Origin: Ministeria vibrans ATCC 50519
Lineage: Eukaryota; Protista; Filasterea
Length of the DNA stretch: 63,856 nt
Reading direction: 5' to 3'
Assembly: GCA_943704425.1 (NCBI GenBank)
Contig: CALSCP010000837.1
Location: 1-63,856 of the forward strand
The notes beneath the pieces were generated by a model. That model did not search any database, was not told the origin of the DNA, and worked only from the letters and a program-made list of their open reading frames with translations. Position 1 is the stretch's first letter, and each line of letters starts with the position of its first letter. This document shows, piece after piece, positions 10,934 to 23,513 of the stretch. A program made the translations under genes and the position numbers.

Positions 10934-11937
10934 ATGCTTCGGTCGGGGTTCCACAATAATATCCTCTCGCACTTTCCGGCTGTACAGTACGCATTTTCGT
11001 ACGGAAGTGGCGCTTTTGCTCAGACTGGCCATGAAAAAACCAAGGTTTGTTTTCATTGCAATTTATTCGACAAGTTGTCTCACCTTCTCGGTAGCGAACG
11101 ATGATTGACTATGTCTTTGCCGTGGACAATGCCGAGAGGTGGCACACGGAGAATGTACAAAGGAATGGCGGTCATTATGCGGGATTGGTGCGGCTGGCGG
11201 GAGCGAAAGGAGCGGGGGCGCTGCAGCGAAACGTCGGCGCTGGAGTGTACTTCAACACGCTGGTTGAGGTGGAGGGCGCGCTCATCAAGTACGGGGTGGT
11301 CGAGACAGATGCGCTTGTGGACGATTTGAGACACTGGCGGACACTCTACATGAGCGGTCGCATGCAAAAGCCCGTGCGTGTTCTTGTCGACAATGAGCGC
11401 GTCGCATCGGCTCAGGCGAGCAATCTGCGAAGCGCTCTTGCCTGTGGACTTCTTCTTCAACGGGCCACGTGCGAGCCGACCTCAGCGACGACGACGCGTG
11501 CGGCGCTGTTTCATGAAATTGTGGGTCTGTCGTACGCGGGCGACTTCCGCATGGTGGTGGGCGGCGAGAGCCCGCACAAGGTGCAAAACATCAGCGAGGG
11601 CAGTGCCGACGCACTTGTTCATTGGTACGAAGCGTCCCTGGCACAAGTGTGCACATCGCCGATGAATGGAGACACGGCCCTTGCTCTGCTTCCCACGACC
11701 ACAACGGCGTCTCTCATTGAATCGTTGCCAGAGCGTTTTTTGGCGGCGCGCGGCATTTCACACGCATCACTTGCACAACAGGAGCCCAAAGAGCGTGCAG
11801 AGACACTACGCAAGGCGGTACGTGATACTATTGCATGGCCAGCACTCACGCAGAGCCTGAAAGGCATTGTGACGGCGGGCGCCACCAAAACGGCAGTGTA
11901 CGTGGGCGAGAAACTCAAGAAGCGCTGGCTATCGTAG
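10934..11937 (+). CDS. TAM41: Mitochondrial phosphatidate cytidylyltransferase (Tam41/Mmp37)
   Basis: Two exons (intron approx. 11045-11094). Motifs: AFSYGSGAFAQ, MIDYVFAV, GAGVYFNT, IKYGVV, DLRHWRTLYMSGRMQKPV, NLRSAL, LSYAGDFRMVVGGESPHKVQNI, QSLKGIVTAG. Confidence 0.95.
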
Positions 11938-12062
11938 CTGAGCGGAACGAGTGCATGCATGTGTGCAAAGTAAACGTAGTATGTAAGATTGTATAAGTGG
12001 CTGTTGCAATGTAAAAAAAAAAACATGGGGATAGGGAAATCATATATGTACATGGGATTAGA

Positions 12063-12965
12063 TCAGACGGTGCTGCTGAGGAAGGCGCTGTTGGTGTTGT
12101 GGGGAGAGGTAAAGGCGAGCAGCTCCGCAAAGTCGTTGCTTGAATCTTGGGGAAGAGAGATGTAGTCGCTGACCCATGCCAAAGACGGGTCTACAACGGG
12201 CAGGTCGTTGTCAGCGCCAATCGGGTCGGTGATGCAGCCGCGCTCGATCATGTCCATGATGTCGGGCACGAGCGCGCTCGCCGAGTCACTCGCATCGCAG
12301 GTGCGCGTGCGCTTGCACAGGCGCTCATGGACAGGGTTGCCAATGTCACTTGCGTCACAGGACGAGTCGTCCAAGTCGTCGACGCTGCGTCGCTTGTGGG
12401 GGTTTGTGTGCCACGCCGTTGTTGATAGGGAAGACTCGTCAAAGAGAATGGTGGAGGGAGATGAGGCGAACGACGAGTCGGACTCGGTCACTGTGGGCGA
12501 CGCGGGTGTCTCCGCCTCCTTCTCCTCCAGCACGTCGTCATTTTCGGTTTCATTGGCGACTGCCCTGTCATCGTGGTTGGCGTTGGTGCTGTTGTTGTCA
12601 TTGGCGGCGGTGCTTTTGTTGATGGTGTTGGCAATGCGGGCGAGGTTCCCATCGAGGTCCCAGTCTCTGTCACATTTCGGTCCGCTCGTCTCGTTGTCGA
12701 CTGCGTCAAAAACAAGCCCGTGCACGCTAGCAAGATGGTCGAGTGCCTCCTTGTTCGAGTCAAGGCTGGAGCTGCACTTGCTGCATGTCAGGGTCTTCTG
12801 GTCGTCGCCACCAAGGCGAAGGACACTCTCGTGAAGCAGAAGGTGGTCAATGGCGCGTGCGGGTCTGTCGAATCGTCGCGAGCACCGTGCGCACGAGTAC
12901 ATCACAATCTTGGTCTTGGTCTTGCTCACGCCCACAAGGCGTCGCACTTTCCACCCCGGCATCAT
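12063..12965 (-). CDS. C2H2 zinc-finger protein with acidic disordered tail (putative transcription factor)
   Basis: Two fingers, CARCSRRF...DHLLLH and CSKCSSSL...DHLASVH, followed by a low-complexity acidic region; intronless. Confidence 0.65.
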   Translation of the reverse strand: MMPGWKVRRLVGVSKTKTKIVMYSCARCSRRFDRPARAIDHLLLHESVLRLGGDDQKTLTCSKCSSSLDSNKEALDHLASVHGLVFDAVDNETSGPKCDRDWDLDGNLARIANTINKSTAANDNNSTNANHDDRAVANETENDDVLEEKEAETPASPTVTESDSSFASSPSTILFDESSLSTTAWHTNPHKRRSVDDLDDSSCDASDIGNPVHERLCKRTRTCDASDSASALVPDIMDMIERGCITDPIGADNDLPVVDPSLAWVSDYISLPQDSSNDFAELLAFTSPHNTNSAFLSSTV

Positions 12966-13861
12966 CTTACACGAGAAAAATCCATCGAGAGTCCACTAAA
13001 TAATCATAATAATAATAATAAAATATTTTCGACAGGTGAGTTTTAAGCGAAATGAACTCGAAATGAACTTCGACACAAAGAGAAGACTCAAACGGCGCCG
13101 GCGGTACTGTTCGCAGTTGAATGTTTAGATCGTGACCGTAGTGTGCGAGTGCAGGTCAGGCGAGAATCATTAATTCGAGTTGGGTTAAATCAACCTCAAA
13201 AAAAATTTTTTTTTGTAGGGTAGAGTTAATAAAAAGCGTAAACAATCCCCAGACAGCACGATAGCACAAGAGGCGCACAGTAACAAACCATATGTTTCCA
13301 TTGAAGGGAAGCGGCAAGACGCAAAGGCAAAGGAAAGCGGCTGCGAGCGGGAAAAATTTTTGAGGGTCCAAAATATTGTGTACACAAAAAAACTCCCCAC
13401 AGCCTAGAGAGCGAACTGATACTTGTAACCTGCAGGCATGGACTTACCAAGAGCTTGGAAAAGTCTGTGACGAGGGCGCGAACGTTGTGGCTTTCGTAGA
13501 GGCCGTGGAGCGTCGGAATGTCTGGGTACGTTTTCAGGAGCTTTTTCGCGTGACCGCGCTTGAGATCGTTGAGACCCTGGCAGGGGAAATCCGTTTTGGG
13601 CACTGCGGTCATTGTGGTGAAACGCGGGCGAAGCCTGAATAGGAGAGAAAGAGAGACTTTTGCGGAAATTGACTGATGAGTCTGATCGCAGATTGTTTAG
13701 TTTGGGAACGAGTGAGGATCGACTCTTTGACGACTCTTGTGACGTGTGCGATAGTAAAGAGTCATAAACCCATTGACATCGGACGTCTTCGAACGAAACA
13801 TATAGACCAGTCAGGAGAGACAGAGTGTTTTACATGTAGTACAAATGAAGCTCTATTCGCT

Positions 13862-14114
13862 CTATTCGCTCTTGTCGTTTGGCCGTTCAAGCTTCTTCTC
13901 TCGTTCTAAGCGTCGTTCGTAGTCACGTACTACCCCTTGTCGCAGTTGCTGCAGGAAACGAGCGAGAGACAGTGAGTGTGAGTGTCACAAACCAATCGAG
14001 TGCGACACATTGGATTCGTACGACGCGTTCGGCTCGCTGTTGTATAAACACAGATGCAATGATCGCCGCTGTGACCACACTCGTTACTATAAGCACATTT
14101 CGAGCCTTTGTCAT
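13862..14114 (-). CDS. PET117: Cytochrome c oxidase assembly protein PET117
   Basis: Exons 14114-14022 and 13948-13862 give MTKARNVLIVTSVVTAAIIASVFIQQRAERV|QLRQGVVRDYERRLEREKK...*. The TM helix followed by ER..LRQGVVRD.ER is the PET117 signature. Confidence 0.8.
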
Positions 14115-14268
14115 TTATAGATCCAAGAGAAAAGCTGTGATGAGTGAGTGTGAATTGAAAGTTGAAAGTTGAAAGAGTTGAATGACACTATAGTCACTAA
14201 ACTCAATAATCAATTATTTTCTTTGCTTTGGAGATCCACCTTCTTCCCACCTGACTGCAATCACCGTG

Positions 14269-14844
14269 ATGTTTTATCCTCTGAAAGATGGTGCACTTGA
14301 CTTTGCAGGAGCCACTCTTGTCATTGTACAAATCGACTTTTTACTCTCTCCTCTCTTACTCTCCTCGCTCACTCTCTCCGTCTCTCTAGCCATCCGTATC
14401 CATCGGCAACGTTGGTCAGCTTGCGATAGACCTTCTTGTCACCTCGCTGGGTAGGCTTGATCAACTTGGCCCATTTGATTTGGTCGTGATTGTTCGTTTT
14501 TGCAGAACTCGAATGTGTAGGCCATTTGCTGCACGACAGCGTGCTGCCCGTCACCGGATACGATGTGCGGGGCACACACAAGGTTCTGTGCACCAGCCTG
14601 GAAGGTAACAGTGGCCGGCGGCCAGCAAGCGGTCGCTGAGTCACCCGTTGTGTTGTGTAGTGTACTACAAGGAGGCCAATGGCCAGCGCCTCGTCATGGT
14701 CCAACAGCGTGCTCCCATTGTGCGCGGACGAACACCCGAGTTTGTTGCAAGCCTGGTTGCTTGGGCCACAGACGCTCGTATGGCGGCCATTGTCAACTTG
14801 AGCTCGAGCGACCGCCGTCACCGCACTGACGCACAAATAGACGG
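14269..14844 (+). CDS. PSMG2: Proteasome assembly chaperone 2, 5' half only
   Basis: Spliced exons give MFYP...GATLVI|PSVSIGNVGQLAIDLLVTSL|ELECVGHLLHDSVLPVTG...CTSLE|VY...VQQRAPIVRG...LVAWA...LSSSD...RTDAQI. No downstream exons were found after the donor at 14845. Confidence 0.8.
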
Positions 14845-14880
14845 GTAAGGCGGAAGGGCGACGCGCAAGACGAAGACGCC

Positions 14881-15090
<210 letters not shown>

Positions 15091-15132
15091 AGAGTGTGTG
15101 TCTCAGGTCTCTCTCGTTGAGTGGGGCCTTAC

Positions 15133-15800
15133 TGCGAGAGCGACCTGTTCAAACTCGCTTGGCTTGGTGATACCAAAGCCCCGAATGAGGAGTGCGCCGT
15201 GCGTCTTGAGCAGGTGGTGGAGCTGTGGCCGTTTTGATGTGACCAGCTCAACGAGACGATCAACGCTGTGTAAGAGCACGCAGGAGCAAACAAGAGAGCC
15301 GGAGTGCGTCAGAGTCGGTCAAAATCAAGAGTGTGTGCATAGTGCAGCAAGGGAATGGCGCGTTTATAGGATGGAAGGACTCATTTTGAGAAGAAGCAAA
15401 GTGAACGAGAGCGAAAAAAAAAAACAACATCAGTTCGATTGGGCAAAGGACACTCACGGAAGAGATGCGTCAACTCGCCCATCAATGTAGACACTTCAAC
15501 AAGAAGGTACAAAGGCACTGATGTGCCGGAGTCAAGGCAGATTCGACGGGACAGCGCAAAACAAAACCGCATTTTCTCACACAACCGCTTTGACGCCATC
15601 CACGCACAAGAGCCGCCTCTGATGTAGCCCCTCCCGCGCCCCACTCAAAGCAAACCCACCCGCGCCCGGGATGCGTACCTGGTGCCTGTCTCCTCTTTGG
15701 CGGTTAGGACGAGCGGACATTTTTCACCGCGATACAACTCACTCTCTTCAAAGACGCCTTTCAGCTGCGTCCGTAAGCGGGGTACGTTGGTGTGGTCCAT
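15133..15800 (-). CDS. TauD/TfdA (clavaminate synthase-like) dioxygenase, 5' part only
   Basis: Exons 15801-15679 and 15265-15133 give ...CPLVLTAKE...VDRLVELVTSKRPQLHHLLKTHGALLIRGFGITKPSEFEQVALA|. The L..HGALLxRGF motif marks the TauD N-terminus. Catalytic exons are absent. Confidence 0.65.
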
Positions 15801-16338
15801 TCTATACGACAAGGTAGAAGGGAAGGAAAAGAAAAGAGAGGAAAAAGTTAAAAGACTGATTTGTAATTCGTTAGCAATGAAAGTATTGAAAATAATAGAA
15901 TTATAGGAATAGTCCTCGTAACTTAATACCCACTTATTACCGTCCATGTACATCATTGTGTTGTCTATCAGGCTCAATGCGCCGGAAGCCCGCCCGGCGG
16001 AAGGCTCTTATAAGGAAACGAGAGACTCACTGGGAGAGCGAGGTGTCGACGTTCACGAGACATAATTGGTGTGCCTCGGAGTTGTGTCGGAGTAAGAGTG
16101 ATCCTCGGCTGAAACATCTCCAAGCAGGGTTGCCCGGAGTGACCGTATTGCTGCTGAATAGAAGAATTAAGATTTAAGACGCAATACTACGCTAGTTTAT
16201 AGCGGAACTCACGGAAGCATTACTCATTATTTTCTCCCCCTTTTTCCATTATTTTGTGCTTTTCTTCAGTCTGTTCATATTGCTTAAGGTGTATTCGCCT
16301 ATTAGACAATCTTTTCTACTTGTGACCTCTTTGGCTTT

Positions 16339-18421
16339 TTATGCCTGGTGCTTCTCGGCAAACATCTGCTTGAGATCACCGGTTGCGTTGTCGTTGCGAA
16401 TGGGTGTCAACTTGAACTTGTCGACGAGCACGTTGAGGACGTTGGGGGTGACAAAGGCGGGAAGGGCGGGGCCGAGACGGATGTTTTGGACGTTGAGCGA
16501 GAGGAGGGTGAGCAGGCAGGCGACAGCCTTTTGCTCGAGCCACGAGAGCGAGATGGAGAGGGGCAGGTCGTTGACGGAGCACTTGTAGTGACTGGCGAGT
16601 GTGGTGGCGACCTGCACGGCCGAAAAGGAGTCGTTGCACTGGCCCATGTCGAGGAGACGCGGCAGTCCGCCGAGGGTGCCAAAGTCCATCTTGTTGAAGC
16701 GGTACTTGGCGCAGCCAAGCGTGAGCAGCAGCGAGTCGGGTTGGTCCTTGATTTCGCGGGCGAGCTCGGAGAAGTAGGCGCGCTCGGGCTCGGCGCCGTC
16801 GCATCCGCCGACAAGGTAGATGTGCTTGAGGGCACCGGAGTCAATGGCGCCAATGACGGTCTCGGCAACACCGAGAACCGCCTCGTGGCCAAAGCCAGTA
16901 AGGAGCGTCTTGGCCTTGGCACGGCTGGCCTCGGCGGCGGACGACTCAGCGGTGAATCCGGGCGAGGCAAGTGCTGCGTCAATGACGGCCGAGTAGTCAT
17001 TGCCCTCGATGTGCGAGACGCCCGGCCAACCAGTGGGGCCTGCGGTAAAAATGCGTGCCTTGTACGACGTGCGCGGCTCCTGGATGCAGTTGGTGGTCAT
17101 GAGAATGGGACCGGGGAATTTGGCAAATTCGAATTTTTGGAGTTGCCAGGGCCCGCCGTAGTGACCCGCGAGGCTGGGGCTCTCGCGCAGCTTGGGATAG
17201 CCGTGAGCGGGGAGCATCTCGCCGTGAGTGTACACATTGACACCCTTGCTTTCAGCCTGTTTCAGCAGATCGCGCAGGTTGCCCATGTCGTGACCACTGA
17301 CGAGGATGCAGGGGCCCACCTTGGGTACGAGAGACGCCTCGGCGGGGCTCGGTGAGCCAAAGTGATTGCGGTGGGCGCTGTCAAGCAGGCCAAGAACGGT
17401 GCCGTTGGCTTTGCCGGTCTCGAGGGCCAAACCAAGCAGATCGCCGGTCTCAGTGGTGGTGTCGAGGCGTGAGAGAGTGCTGCGCACAAAGTCGTAGACC
17501 TCGTCGCTCTCGGCACCCAGTGTCATGGCGTGGTGGGCGTAGGCCGCAAGACCCTTGATGCCGTACATGATAAGCTCTTGGAGACCCGCAGTGTCCTCGC
17601 CGAGCGTTGCCTGCTTGGCGCGCACGCCCACAGCGCGCGTCTGCTCCTCTTCGCCCGTTGGCACAAACGACGTGCGGGACGACAGCTTGTTCGCGGCGTC
17701 CGCTGGGAGTTGGGCGCGCAGGCGCTCGCGCGATTGCACAACCTCATCGAGGTACGCCTTGATGCGAACCGGGTCAAAGTTGACGTTGGTCAGCGTCGAA
17801 AAGACGCAACTACAAACAACGAAAAAAAAAAGAATAAGGGAAGTGTTTTCATTGGACGATGAATTTGTGGTCTAGTCTTACTCAAGCATAAGGCGATCCG
17901 AGTTCTCATCGAGAACGCCCGCGGCCTTTGCAGCCTCGGCGACCTCGGCGTGGCCCTTGAGTGTGTGGAGGAGAACATCCTAAGGAAGACAGAAGAAATG
18001 AGATTTTTTGTTTTCAGCGTGTGTGCGAGAAAAACGTGTTGCGGGAAAAGTTTCAACCCTGCAGTGTTGCAATAGACTCTTGGGCACGAATTTATGATCG
18101 GGAATGAAGGAGAAGGGGGCGATTGTGATTGGAATCTTTTTATTTCGGGAAAAAACAACAAAAAAAAAGAAACTCGCACTTCCGCGCAAATACTCAGACT
18201 AAAAAAAAAACGCTAAGCTCAATTCATACCTGGAGGCCTGCAGTCTCGGGAGTCTTGCCACACACACCAACGGTGGTGCACCCGGTGCCGGATTCGGTTT
18301 GTTCGCACTGAAAGCAGAACATTTTCTCGTCGTTTGTTTGGGTTGCAACGCCACGGGATGGCATAGCCGCCGCCAAGCGGCTCATGTTGCCTCCAAATCG
18401 TGATGCAACGACTCGAAGCAT
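16339..18421 (-). CDS. hcp: Hybrid cluster protein (prismane; hydroxylamine/NO reductase) with N-terminal mitochondrial-type presequence
   Basis: Exons 18421-18230, 17979-17882 and 17809-16339. Motifs: MFCFQCEQT...[10 protein letters not shown] (CxxC-x8-C-x5-C), [73 protein letters not shown]. Confidence 0.95.
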
Positions 18422-19019
18422 GATTGTTTTTTGAGAGTAAAGGAAGCGCGAAAAAAACTAAAAAGAAATTTAGCTAAGAGCTTTCAAGTTTTTTGAGGTG
18501 TGACTGATCTTCACCTGATCTTGTCGTCCCGCTGATGACACAGGAAGCTTGAGCGGTTTTTTGTGCACCAGCAATGTAGATTATAGATATGCCTTAGTTT
18601 AATGCTATTGGATTGATCTAGAAGAAGGAGAAAGGCAGATGGGCGACAGGGCCGAATTGGATGGGCAACGCATTTGGCAGAAACTCGCGCCTCTCGCATT
18701 AGAGCTGTCCCGGCGAGATTCGTCGATCATCGTCTATCGGCGCGGCTTCATCGTAACATTAGTGCATTAATAATGCCGTGTGGGGGGACGAGAAATCTAT
18801 ATTGAGACGTGGAGCGGCGAAGCGGAGAAGTGCGAGGTTTGAGTTTGGAACCGTCATCTGCGAAATTTTTGAAAATCTGCTGATCTGACCGGGTACAGTG
18901 ATCGTCCTTGCCCCCATTTGATATAAAAAGGATTAAGGTACATGTGTGGAGGGCGCCGGAGCCTCTTTGCTTCGTTCATGCTTCTCACGACTCAGTTTTA
19001 CTCACTTTTTTTCACTCTA

Positions 19020-22000
19020 ATGTTCTCTTTTGGACGGTCCATTGTTGGACGACTGAATCGACGGATGTTGAGCACCAATGTACTGTACGGCAGCACCACG
19101 GGCACGGCCGAGTACTTTTCTCAGGAATTGGCGGCGAACCTTGGGGCAGCGACGCGTCTGAGCAGCCTGCATGCGGTGGATGCGTCGGCGGAAATCCCCA
19201 AGATGGAACGCGCCGTCTTTCTGCTGTCGTGCTACGGCAAGGGCGAGCCGACCGAGTCGTCCAAGTCCTTTTACGACTGGGTCATGAGCGACAGTGCGCC
19301 GCGCTTGGATAATCTTGAGGTAAGGTTTCTTTTTTTTTATTAATTTCGCAAACCTAATAATTCCTTTTTTACATTTGATATATTATTTATTATATTATAT
19401 TGTTTTTTGAGAGGGGTGGGTGAGTGAGGGGGTAGTTGTTTTGTTTTGTTCTCATATGATTAATGCAGTCATTCTGTAAAGTTTGATATTATTTTTTTTT
19501 GTGTGGAGTGCGTTAACATAAAAATAATTTTAATAATAATAATAATAATTTTTATATTATCTTGTTGTGAAACTATATTGTGGTGATGTTGTCTCGGAGG
19601 GGTTTTTGTGATTACGACAACACCTATTGTTAATTGTGTGTTTAATTTGAGCAATGGTTTTATGACTTAATTGAGTCCGATATATAATAATAATAATAAT
19701 TATCAATTATATAATTATTACTCTTGCAATTGTTTCATCCGTACTTGAAACAATTCACTAATAATAATATGTTCTCTTACTAGTATTGCGTATTCGGACT
19801 TGGATCCTCCAAAGCACACTGCAAGCACTACAATGTGATTGGCACGCGTGTGGATGCGCGTCTGGCCGAACTCGGCGCCAAGCGCATTCTGGATTTGGGA
19901 CTGGGCGATGATTCGCAAGGTAAACAGAGGACAATTATTTCGTATATAAGAAGAAACAATATTGTAAACGATGTTTTCTGTGCTTAGATATTGAAATGGA
20001 TTTTGAAGAGTGGAGTGGCACAGTGCGCAAAGTGATTACAGAGCGCGAGAGTACCACAAAAGCTGACACGTCTAAAGCAGAGCCAGCAAAAGTAGAAGAG
20101 ACGACAGCAGCAGAGGAACCAAAGAATCCAATGCGCTATGTGTGTACTGAGGACTCCACTTGCACTACCGACTCGCTTGACCCGGCACTTATTGACAGTG
20201 TGTTTCATGATGTACGAAAAGCAAATCAAAAAGGGTGCATTAATTTTTAATTAATATTGTTGTTTTTTTTTAATCACAGCCAAGAACAGTTGTGATGAAA
20301 GTAAAGCAACAACGGGTCCTGACACCAAACACCACAGCGGACCGCTACGCCTTTGAGCTTATGCTAACCCCAACACGGCCCTCTCCGTACACCACCGGCG
20401 ATCATGTTGTCATTTACCCGCGCCAGTCTCGCCTCACAGTCGATCGAGTGCTCACTGCCACTCGTTTGGATGCCACTCAGGTCTTCCAGCTCACTGCTCG
20501 CTCAACCAATGCTCAGGTGCCCTTTGAGTCCAAGACCACTCTCAAAGAGGTAATAATATTATTAATATAATATTATTATTATTATTATTGTTATTATTAT
20601 TGTTATTATTTTTTAAAAAAATTACGGGTTAATAATTATTATTAATTGCTCTTTCATGTCGTTGTGCACTTTGTTTCGGCCTTCTCTGTTTTTATTACTA
20701 CTAATTGGGGGGCTTCGCAGAGAATTTGTGTCACTCTCTCTTATAGTATATTTTATTATTATTACTATTATTATTAATTTTTATTCTGATGTTTTTGCTA
20801 ATGTAATTGTCGTCTTCACGACGCCACATCCCTTTATAGGCTCTGACCAAGTACCTTGACGCCCTGGCCTCTCCCACTCCCAACTCTCTGCGCCAACTCG
20901 CGTCTCTACTCCCTTCCTCCCATCCTACACACACGCTCTTCCACAAGATCAGCTCAGATCGTGCTCTCTTCCGCGAACACATCACCGACAAACAGAATAC
21001 TCTCGTCGACCTTCTCGAGACCATCTCATCTCACTCGCACATTTCAAACGAACCCCTCTGCTCGCTCCACCAACTCGTCGAGCTCTTGCCCGTCATTCGG
21101 CCTCGCATCTACTCCATCTCCTCCTCGTCCAAAGTACCAATCAAATTCATGTCAAAACACTCTAATTACTCATTGTTATTATTTTATTGCTAGGAATTTC
21201 CCGATACGATTGGAGTAACGTATCGTCACACAGAGTTTGTCACGACAGAAGGAAAAAGGCGATTTGGTATGTTTGTTTTTCATACGTATAAAATGCGACT
21301 CTAGTTGAGAATATTTCTGGCGCAATGAGAACTCAAATTAATATTAAAAATATAATAATATTGTTATTTTCATTTTGTTTGTTTAGGTCTTTGTACAAAC
21401 TATATGGAAAAACTGGGAGAAGGAAACGAACTGTTAGGGTTCGTGCGCGCAAACAGCAACTTCCATCTTCCCTCTAACGCAGCAGAGCCTGTTGTGTTTG
21501 TGGGCGCTGGCACTGGCATTGCCCCGTTCAATGGACTCCTCCGTAAAAATATTTAATTAATAGCAAAATATTTCTTCTTATCTTTATACTTATTAATGTT
21601 TTGATGTTGTGACTTGTTTTTATTATTCATTTATTCTAATGTGTACTCTGTTGGGTTTACAGGCGAACGGTTGTTTGATATGAAACAGGGCAAAACAATG
21701 GGGCAAATTCGCACTTGTTTTGGATTCCTTTCACCCGAAGAATCCATTTACAAACCGGAATTTGAGCGAATCGAACGTGAGAACCCCAAACTCAATCTTC
21801 ATTTGCGCTTTGTCTATTCTCACAAGGTAGCAAAAAGAAAATAATAAGCATTGTGTATTTTCTCTAACTAAAATAATAATAATTTAGCCGCCCGGCAACG
21901 AACACACTGCGCTGCCCTCCACCGCTCTTCTTGACGATGCGCCAACACTCTACCGCCTTCTTACCACCCGAGAGGGCTCTGTCTACGTCTGTGGCGGTGC

Positions 22001-22202
22001 TGCGGGTTTTGGCGCGGCCGTCAGAGAGTCCTTTATCCGCATTTTCAGCGAGCAGGTATCATGAATATAACATTCATAACTTTGTATTTTGTTTCGATTG
22101 CTAATAATTTTATTTTAGGGCGGAATAAGTGCGGATGAAGCAAGTGACTTGATGCTCAAACTCATCGAGACTGGTCACTATTGTGAAGATTTGGCCGATT
22201 AA
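19020..22202 (+). CDS. Diflavin (FMN+FAD) oxidoreductase, cytochrome P450 reductase-like, with mitochondrial-type presequence
   Basis: Multi-exon gene. FMN domain: VLYGSTTGTAE, SCYGKGEPTE, YCVFGLGSS...LAELGAKRILDLGLGDD..IEMDFEEW. FAD/NAD domains: YTTGDHVVIYP, RPRIYSISSS, GLCTNY, VFVGAGTGIAPF, VYVCG. Ends GHYCEDLAD* (TAA 22200-22202). Confidence 0.85.
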
Positions 22203-22282
22203 AAACTGTGTGTGAAAACGGGGAATGTTTCTTTTTACAAAATTAACAATAATACAATTTTTACACCGTTCTTTAATACCAC

Positions 22283-23513
22283 CTACGCAACCTCTTGGGT
22301 ACCCGCCCTCCCCTTGCCCCTCCTGACGTGGGCTGCGCTGTAGAGCGGACGCACAAGGTTACCCCACAGCAGCGCAGTGTGACACTTCGGACATTCTCCC
22401 TTGTGTGGCAGAAGCAGAGGCACAGAACAATCGTCCATGCCATGCTCACTCTCCCGCTCGAGAAAGACCCTGGCAAGACAACGCACATGCGACTCAAAGG
22501 TACACCCGGGTGCTTTGGGACAGACGAGCTTAGGTGCGTCGGTGAGCTGAGTGCGGTGACATACATCGCATGTCCAATCGGCAAGCGAGCTGTCGCGCAC
22601 CGCCTGCGACATGAGCAGCGCATCAATAAGATCATCGTCAAGATTCGTGTCGTCCTGAGGCGCCGCCAATGAAACACTTTCAAGGTCACTGACCGCTTCT
22701 TCGTCATCATCATCCACATCGTCCTCTGCAAGAGCGGTCAAGAGAGCATCGAGATGCTCTTGAGTGAGCGTCGTCTGTTGCTGTGACAGTTGTTGGTTAT
22801 CTTCGTCAACAAGACCACCCCCTTCCCTTTCGCGCTTTCGACGCTTGCGGGCCTCGTCGCGGTCTTCGACGAGCGTCACCAATGGCCCAAATCGAAGGGG
22901 AACTGTGTCGGGAGGTGTTTGCATCACTTTGACGAGCACCGAGTCCCACAGATCCCGCCGGAACACTTGAAGGTTCAAAGGGAGACGTCGCCAGGCGTTT
23001 GCATGCAGCATCTCGCCAAGAACACGCGCCTTGGTCAGCAGAGTGCTCCGTTTGCTGAGGATCACAGAGGGGTTGCGCAAACGGCGCGATTCACACGGAT
23101 GCTGCCACGCCCACTCGAATTTGAGGGCGCTCACCTCGTCCATGAAGCCATACACAATGCACACCATCTCCCTAGAGTGGTGGTGAGAGTGGAGCGAGAG
23201 GAGAAGGAGGACGAGCGAGCGAGCGAGCGAAAGAGAGAATGAGGTTTGAAAATGTGTGTTTTGAAAGAGTCGCTCACCATGGACGCTTGCGGTGGGTTTT
23301 GTGGGCCCCGCCATGGTCGCTGCCTGCATTGTGTTGGCCAATCCTTCGTTGGGGGTCGACAGTGAAGCCGATGTAGGCGTCGTCGAGGTTTCGTTGGGAG
23401 AGGGAGCGCAAAAGGTAAACACCGAAGAAGGGAGTGGTTGCACAGTCGTCAAGGACGCCTCCAAGCTGCGCACGCGTTCGCTTGAGCGTGATCTGTTGTG
23501 CTTGCTGTGACAT
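22283..23513 (-). CDS. SLX1: Structure-specific endonuclease subunit SLX1 (GIY-YIG + RING/PHD-like)
   Basis: Intron 23172-23277. Motifs: [34 protein letters not shown]|EMVCIVYGF...[12 protein letters not shown]-terminal CxxC...H..CLA...CPKC...WG.LV. Confidence 0.95.

Noticed and set aside
13185-13642. Small ORFs between the zinc-finger gene and PET117
   Set aside because: A plausible donor and acceptor exist on the minus strand, but no recognisable motif or convincing product could be supported.
18764-18776. Bacterial NsrR box upstream of hcp
   Set aside because: The resemblance is only a short partial dyad and the locus is eukaryotic; it is kept only as a generic inverted repeat.
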